The position numbers and the translations under genes are program-made. 64,000 bases of DNA, from positions 1,163,058,001 to 1,163,122,000 of the forward strand of contig NW_027362761.1 in assembly GCF_046119375.1 (NCBI RefSeq), read 5' to 3'. Within the stretch, counting starts at the first letter, position 1; each line of letters begins with the position of its first letter. Source of the stretch: Phyllobates terribilis. Its lineage: Eukaryota. The notes beneath the pieces are model-generated. The model was not told the origin of the DNA. It worked only from the letters and a program-made list of their open reading frames with translations, and did not search any database. Below, piece by piece: positions 59,501 to 64,000 of the stretch.

Positions 59501-60916
59501 CACCTACTACATATTGGGATAGGATCTTGGAGATGGGAATACCCCTTTAACAATTTATTTTTCTTTTAGTCCTATCCTTTTTATTAACATTATTGCTATA
59601 CATAGCCGCTACTTGGTTAACAGCAGCAGCGCTGAGCTCCAATCGTTGCTGTTAATAAATTTGACAGTGGCACTTAAAATACCTTTCACCAGTTTGAGCT
59701 TTTTTAAGCTAGCCACATAATGGGAAGAGTGGCAGCTGAGCTCAGTAAAAAAAATTAATTTATTTTTGATATTTCCGCAACGGACAGGAGAAATTAACTT
59801 GTAAAATTAAATAATCTGGGCGTTACCAGAGATTTGATGCTGGGGGGGGCGTGTGCTTCTTCCTCTGCATGAGTTGTCCAATCATAAGGTGTCATGCAGA
59901 GGAGAAAAGGACACGCCTCCTCGCTGATCTCTGGAGCTACTGTGTAGATACACCAGTCAACCTTAAAACCTCATAACATCCATCTTTAAGTTGCCAGATT
60001 TGGAGAATTTTTAGCCTGAAAATATGCGTTGTCTGCTTTAACTAAACACCTGCAATTTTTTTTTTCAGTTCTGAAGAGATGATTTGCTCAACCTCTGACA
60101 ATGAAACTGAAGAGAATCTTGTAAGTAAAATACTATATTTTGAATTATGTTTCCATGATGAGATTTTTTGGACTCCTCATATCTTTTATATATTTTTAAA
60201 ACCTTTTTTTAATGTTTACTTGCTTCAATAGTCTCCTTAGGAGACTTGAAGTCGTGATCATCTGAACGTTTGTGCTATACGTAGCAGCTGCTATGTGTAG
60301 CAGAAATCCTCTTTGAATTCCATCCACACGCCGGCTTTCATAAGAGATTCACAATGCAAGTACGGGGGTTTCTTGCAGACCCTCATCTGTCATGCCAACA
60401 CATCTGCGCACCATGATCACATGACAGGGGCACTGATGAGTCTGTCTTATGGCGGTGCTAGAGTTAAATGTTGCGGTCAGTGACTGCAGCGTTTAGCACG
60501 TTAACAGCTGCGGGTGGATCTTGATTCCACCCTCGGCGGTTAAAGGCATGACTGCTGATCAAGGAAAGATGCTGGCTTGGCACCTGAGCCTGCATCAAAA
60601 GGAGGTAGACTAACTTGGATATACCTATACATCCAAGCTCGTAAAGCTGTTAACCTTTCTAGTCCTTTCCTGCATTGGATACGTTCACATGCAGATTTCA
60701 ACAGCAGCCTATTGATTACTTTTCAGTGGCAGAAATGTGTACAGTAAATATCCCAGAGCTGTCTATAGTCTCCTGTACACTAATCTTTGCTGTTCTTTTT
60801 AGTTTTCAGGCACTCCAACCAAAGTCAGAAAAGTGGATGCGGAGGGAGGATTTGATTTAAATGCCTGCCTAAATGATGGCGCTGACGATGACTTTGCTCA
60901 GTTAAGTGTCAGCTGA
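50501..60916 (+). CDS. SLBP: Histone RNA stem-loop binding protein (SLBP1 type), 8 exons, 266 aa
   Basis: [16 protein letters not shown] degron, [57 protein letters not shown]; total 801 nt with consistent phases; syntenic with TMEM129. Confidence 0.97.
51423..51693. repeat. 43-bp GC-rich tandem repeat, 6 perfect copies plus a partial
   Basis: GCGGGCCCCGTGCTGGGAGAGGGTGTCCCGGCGGTGCGAAGCT. Confidence 0.97.
52094..53296. mobile_element. Non-autonomous hAT (Charlie-like) transposon
   Basis: 14-bp TIR CAGGGGTCTCAAAC; perfect 8-bp TSD CTTTAGAT; internal 136-bp inverted repeat and a 31-bp minisatellite (52575-52930). Confidence 0.93.
53530..53664 (+). CDS. SLBP: SLBP exon 2
   Basis: [19 protein letters not shown], 135 nt. 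Confidence 0.93.
53727..54260. mobile_element. T2/Kolobok-type MITE containing a 216-bp piggyBac MITE (53744-53959)
   Basis: Outer TTAA|AGGGG..CCCCT|TTAA; inner TTAA|CCCTAGAA..TTCTAGGG|TTGA. Confidence 0.7.
54797..54904 (+). CDS. SLBP: SLBP exon 3
   Basis: [24 protein letters not shown].., 108 nt. Confidence 0.96.
55500..55711. other. Assembly gap (212 N) in SLBP intron 3
   Basis: Run of N. Confidence 1.
55922..56389. mobile_element. Tc2/pogo-like MITE
   Basis: TA|CCGTA..TACGG|TA; subterminal CCAAA(A)TTT(T)GGGG palindromes. Confidence 0.7.
56596..56658 (+). CDS. SLBP: SLBP exon 4
   Basis: [20 protein letters not shown], 63 nt. Confidence 0.93.
57019..57601. mobile_element. piggyBac-like MITE
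   Basis: TTAA|CCCCTTT..AAAGGGG|TTAT. Confidence 0.65.
57691..57831 (+). CDS. SLBP: SLBP exon 5 (RNA-binding domain, part 1)
   Basis: [37 protein letters not shown], 141 nt. Confidence 0.97.
58659..58808 (+). CDS. SLBP: SLBP exon 6 (RNA-binding domain, part 2)
   Basis: [33 protein letters not shown], 150 nt. Confidence 0.97.
59218..59546. mobile_element. Family A foldback MITE, complete
   Basis: TTAA on both sides; AGGGGTATTCCC..GGGAATACCCCT. Confidence 0.88.
60069..60120 (+). CDS. SLBP: SLBP exon 7
   Basis: [17 protein letters not shown], 52 nt, phase 2 to 0. Confidence 0.85.
60803..60916 (+). CDS. SLBP: SLBP exon 8 (stop codon)
   Basis: [25 protein letters not shown]. Confidence 0.93.
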   Translation, partial: FSGTPTKVRKVDAEGGFDLNACLNDGADDDFAQLSVS

Positions 60917-61787
60917 TGGAGTTTCGCTCTCATACGTGTGCAGTACATGGATTTTTTTTTTATGCCTGTATATGTATATAGGGCTCCCTGAGGATGGAGC
61001 TCGTGTTCGCTGCTTGTTGTGCAGCCCTTATGTAGAACTTTATGCCAATCAAGTCCTGTGTGATGTTGGTGCCGGCAGCTATATATTTTCAGTGGAGCAC
61101 TTCATACTGGAACAGCCATGCCGTCAATGCTCTATCTACTGCTCGGCGTGGATGCGTCTGGTGACCGTTGCTGGGAATAATCCATTTCTAATTCTTCCTT
61201 TTTTTTTTTTTGTTATATAACTGGTGTACTGATGTTAATTATTGTCCGATATTAAAGATACGGGGGGGGGGCGGGGGCGAGCACATGCCCCAAGAAAAGT
61301 CTTTGCTGGGTTGCCTGTTCAGAAAGATTACCAGAGTATTTTTAATAAGTAAATGGCTTGTTTTTACATTTTTCACCATTGGTGATTAGGCTAACCCTTT
61401 TCTGCTTGTATGTGGCTTTCAATAAGAAACTAAACTGATTTTTTTTTTGGGTCGCCTCAAAAATCTAGTGCAACTGATATAATTGCTCCTCTGCTCTGCA
61501 GCGCCGGTCCCACGCACAGCAAGTGATTGGTGCGGTGTTGTGCTGCTTTCTCATGTAAGGGCTCGTGCAGATGTCTGTGCACAGAGCGTGATGGATGGGC
61601 TGCCTGTCTCCTGACCTGATCTTGACAGCCCGATTTATATCCCTCAGGCTGTCAAGGTTGGATTGGAAAATTCGCAGGCTGTCCATGCTAAGACCGCGTT
61701 GTGTGGATGTCTACATGAGCCCCTAGTCTGAGACTTAAAGGACCAGAATAAAACTATAGTGTTGCCAGAAACTATTTTAATACTTAA

Positions 61788-62303
61788 AGAAGTTGTCCAT
61801 TACTTTATATGAACTTTCCCAATGTATCCCCCTTGCAGCCCAGAAGTTTTTGTAAATACCTAGCGGTACCTTTTCTGCCCCTGAGCGGTGCGATCGTGAG
61901 CCGCTCAGAGGTATCATGTGACATGTCGCGTCAAGTAAGGTGTGACAGTGACGCGCTCCCCGCGGTGGGTGGGCTTACCCAGTGCATCACACCCAGCATC
62001 CGCTGTGCGCTTTCCCAGTGAATGAGGAGAGGGAGAGTGCGCGGTGGATGCTGGGTGTGACGTGCTGGGTAACTACACCCACAGCCCAGTGTCCACTGTG
62101 GAACACAGAAGTGAGTACCCCCTGCTGCAGCCGGAATTGACACGACGTCAGCCGACTGCAGCCGGGGGGGTCACGTGATGCCTGTGAGCTGCCAGCGATA
62201 GTGCTGCTCACAGGCAGAAAAAGCACCACAAGGCATTTAGAGAAACACTTATGGGCCCTGGGGGAATACATTGGGGGATCATATAAAGTAGTGGACAACC
62301 CCT
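61788..62303. mobile_element. T2/Kolobok-type MITE
   Basis: TTAA|AGAAGTTGTCCATTACTTTATATG..ATATAAAGTAGTGGACAACCCCT|TTAA. Confidence 0.78.
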
Positions 62304-64000
62304 TTAAATTGTTAAAGCGATGAGACTTAATTGATCAGCCTTTGTAAAGTTATGAAACTTTGTAACTTAATTAGCTCATTTTGCTTCCTTCCATCCATGC
62401 TGGCAGTGCTGTTTTATCCGCCTAGTTCATGCCATCTTAGTTGCTGATTTGCGAAGATCCGTATGCCTTCTCTGCTCCCATGCTTGGACTTCATTTACAA
62501 GCTCTGTCCCTGTCTGAGCATGCGAATATGAAGCCGAGAAATCCACAGGAGGATGGATCAAATCAGCTACCAAGACTGCATGAACAAAGGAGATAAATCA
62601 GCACTTTCTACATAAGATTAAAGAAAAATAGAAGCAAAATAAGGTACTGAACTATGTTACAAATACTACACTTTTTTTATTTTACAGAAGCTGATCAATA
62701 AAGTAAAAAAAAGTTTAGTTATGGTTTAAGAAGTAATTTGTATTGAAAAGCCAGGTGCCTAGTTGGGTAGGGCCGAAGGTGAATTACACTAGTTTGATGC
62801 AGGCTCCAGTCCTTTGCCTCATGAGTCTGCTCTGGTAATATGACAATGCATGTTAAAAAAACGAAGGTCTGTGACCCTTCTCCACATCGCCCTCATATTC
62901 ACATTTACACCAGCATGCGAAACGTCCATTAAGAAAATAAAAACAAAAGTTTATCTTGATTCTTTACTGTTAAACTTTAAATTTATAATTTGAGTTACTA
63001 ACTTGCCAGTTCCTGCTTTTAGAAATTGCTTGTGTGCATGTTACTTGCCTCGCATATTAAAAAAAACAAAACCAAAAATTTGTAAATTGCTTGGATACAT
63101 AAGAGCTGGAGGTGTGTTGACTGATGGTGGCCTCGGCAGCCGTTCACTGTGCTCCCTCCCTTGTGTCACCTCTGCCGTTTGCAGCTGGGAACTGAGATCT
63201 GCTTGAGTACGGGCTGCACAGCAGTGACCCCTGCTGGCAGGAGGAGGGGCAGTGTTGGCAATTCAACATTAAAGATGTCATCAGAAAGTGACCTTTTTTT
63301 GTACTTTCATGGAAAAATTATATAGATATCTCTATCTCTGTTCACACTGAGCTTCTGCAGTGCATCCTAGGCTTCTATATGAATCCACCTAAAAACAGGA
63401 TTCAGAAGGGGCGATGGATTGCAGTAACGCGAACAGCATTTAAATGAACCTTCTTGTTTGTGGTTTTCTTCTGGAAGTGTCTGATTCTTCAGCCGGGCAG
63501 ACGTGGTCTTGTTACCTTTCTTTGCCCTTCTAAAGAGACACTTTCAGATGAGAAAATGGGGTTTATTTGATTTCTGTTCATGTCACTGCTCTTTATGGTC
63601 CCATTGGGGGTTCTTCTGATTCCCCTTTTTAGGAGGGATTTGGGTGGAAACCTTGGGCACGTTTTTAAAAACATTAGTGTGAACAGGGCCTAATGAGAAA
63701 ATAAAAAAATCTTCCAAGTTTCACACAGACCATTGGGGCTATTTTAGACTTTCAAAAAGGATTACAACCACTCCTCTATATATACACTGACACCAGCCAC
63801 AACAGGAGAGGTCACAGCTCACCTCTGCCCCCTACCTTCACAATGACTTGCACATGCTCCTAAGATGCTTTAATGCAATAGTTAGGGGCACACTGTTCAT
63901 TGTGGGTTTCCTAAAACAAGCATGGACTCTGAAATGTTTCCCATGTAATTTAAAAAAAAAAAAAATGACTTTAAACAACCTTTTTGGTGATATTCCCTTT

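Noticed and set aside
50501-60916. Oocyte-specific SLBP2
   Set aside because: The SFTTP degron, the DWGSAVEE translation motif and synteny with TMEM129/TACC3 indicate SLBP1.

Overview
Vertebrate genomic DNA, most likely a frog (inferred from Xenopus-like proteins and an anuran-type repeat landscape); nothing here is prokaryotic. I reconstructed three complete spliced genes by hand from GT-AG sites and codon phase: TACC3/maskin (minus strand, 15 coding exons, 956 aa, CDS 23763->10969), TMEM129 (plus, 4 exons, 362 aa, 31203-38678) and SLBP (plus, 8 exons, 266 aa, 50501-60916). This is the conserved TACC3<-/->TMEM129->SLBP block, so FGFR3 is expected to the left and FAM53A to the right. The first 9.4 kb is a nest of transposons: a DIRS retrotransposon interrupted by a Gypsy LTR element and by a Tc1 element, which itself carries a TTAA-target piggyBac-like element. 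Introns and spacers hold MITEs, minisatellites, a solo LTR and a Penelope-like fragment, and there is a 212-N gap at 55500-55711. The best leads are: (1) a 29-nt hairpin at the terminus of two diverged Gypsy LTRs, preserved by four compensatory base-pair swaps; (2) a second tRNA-Ser-complementary site inside those LTRs; (3) a variant hammerhead ribozyme in the Penelope fragment; (4) a natural array of TEAD GT-IIC sites; (5) TACC3 oddities, namely a 9x coding octapeptide repeat, apparent loss of the maskin eIF4E motif and a cryptic in-frame exon. No database searches were run.
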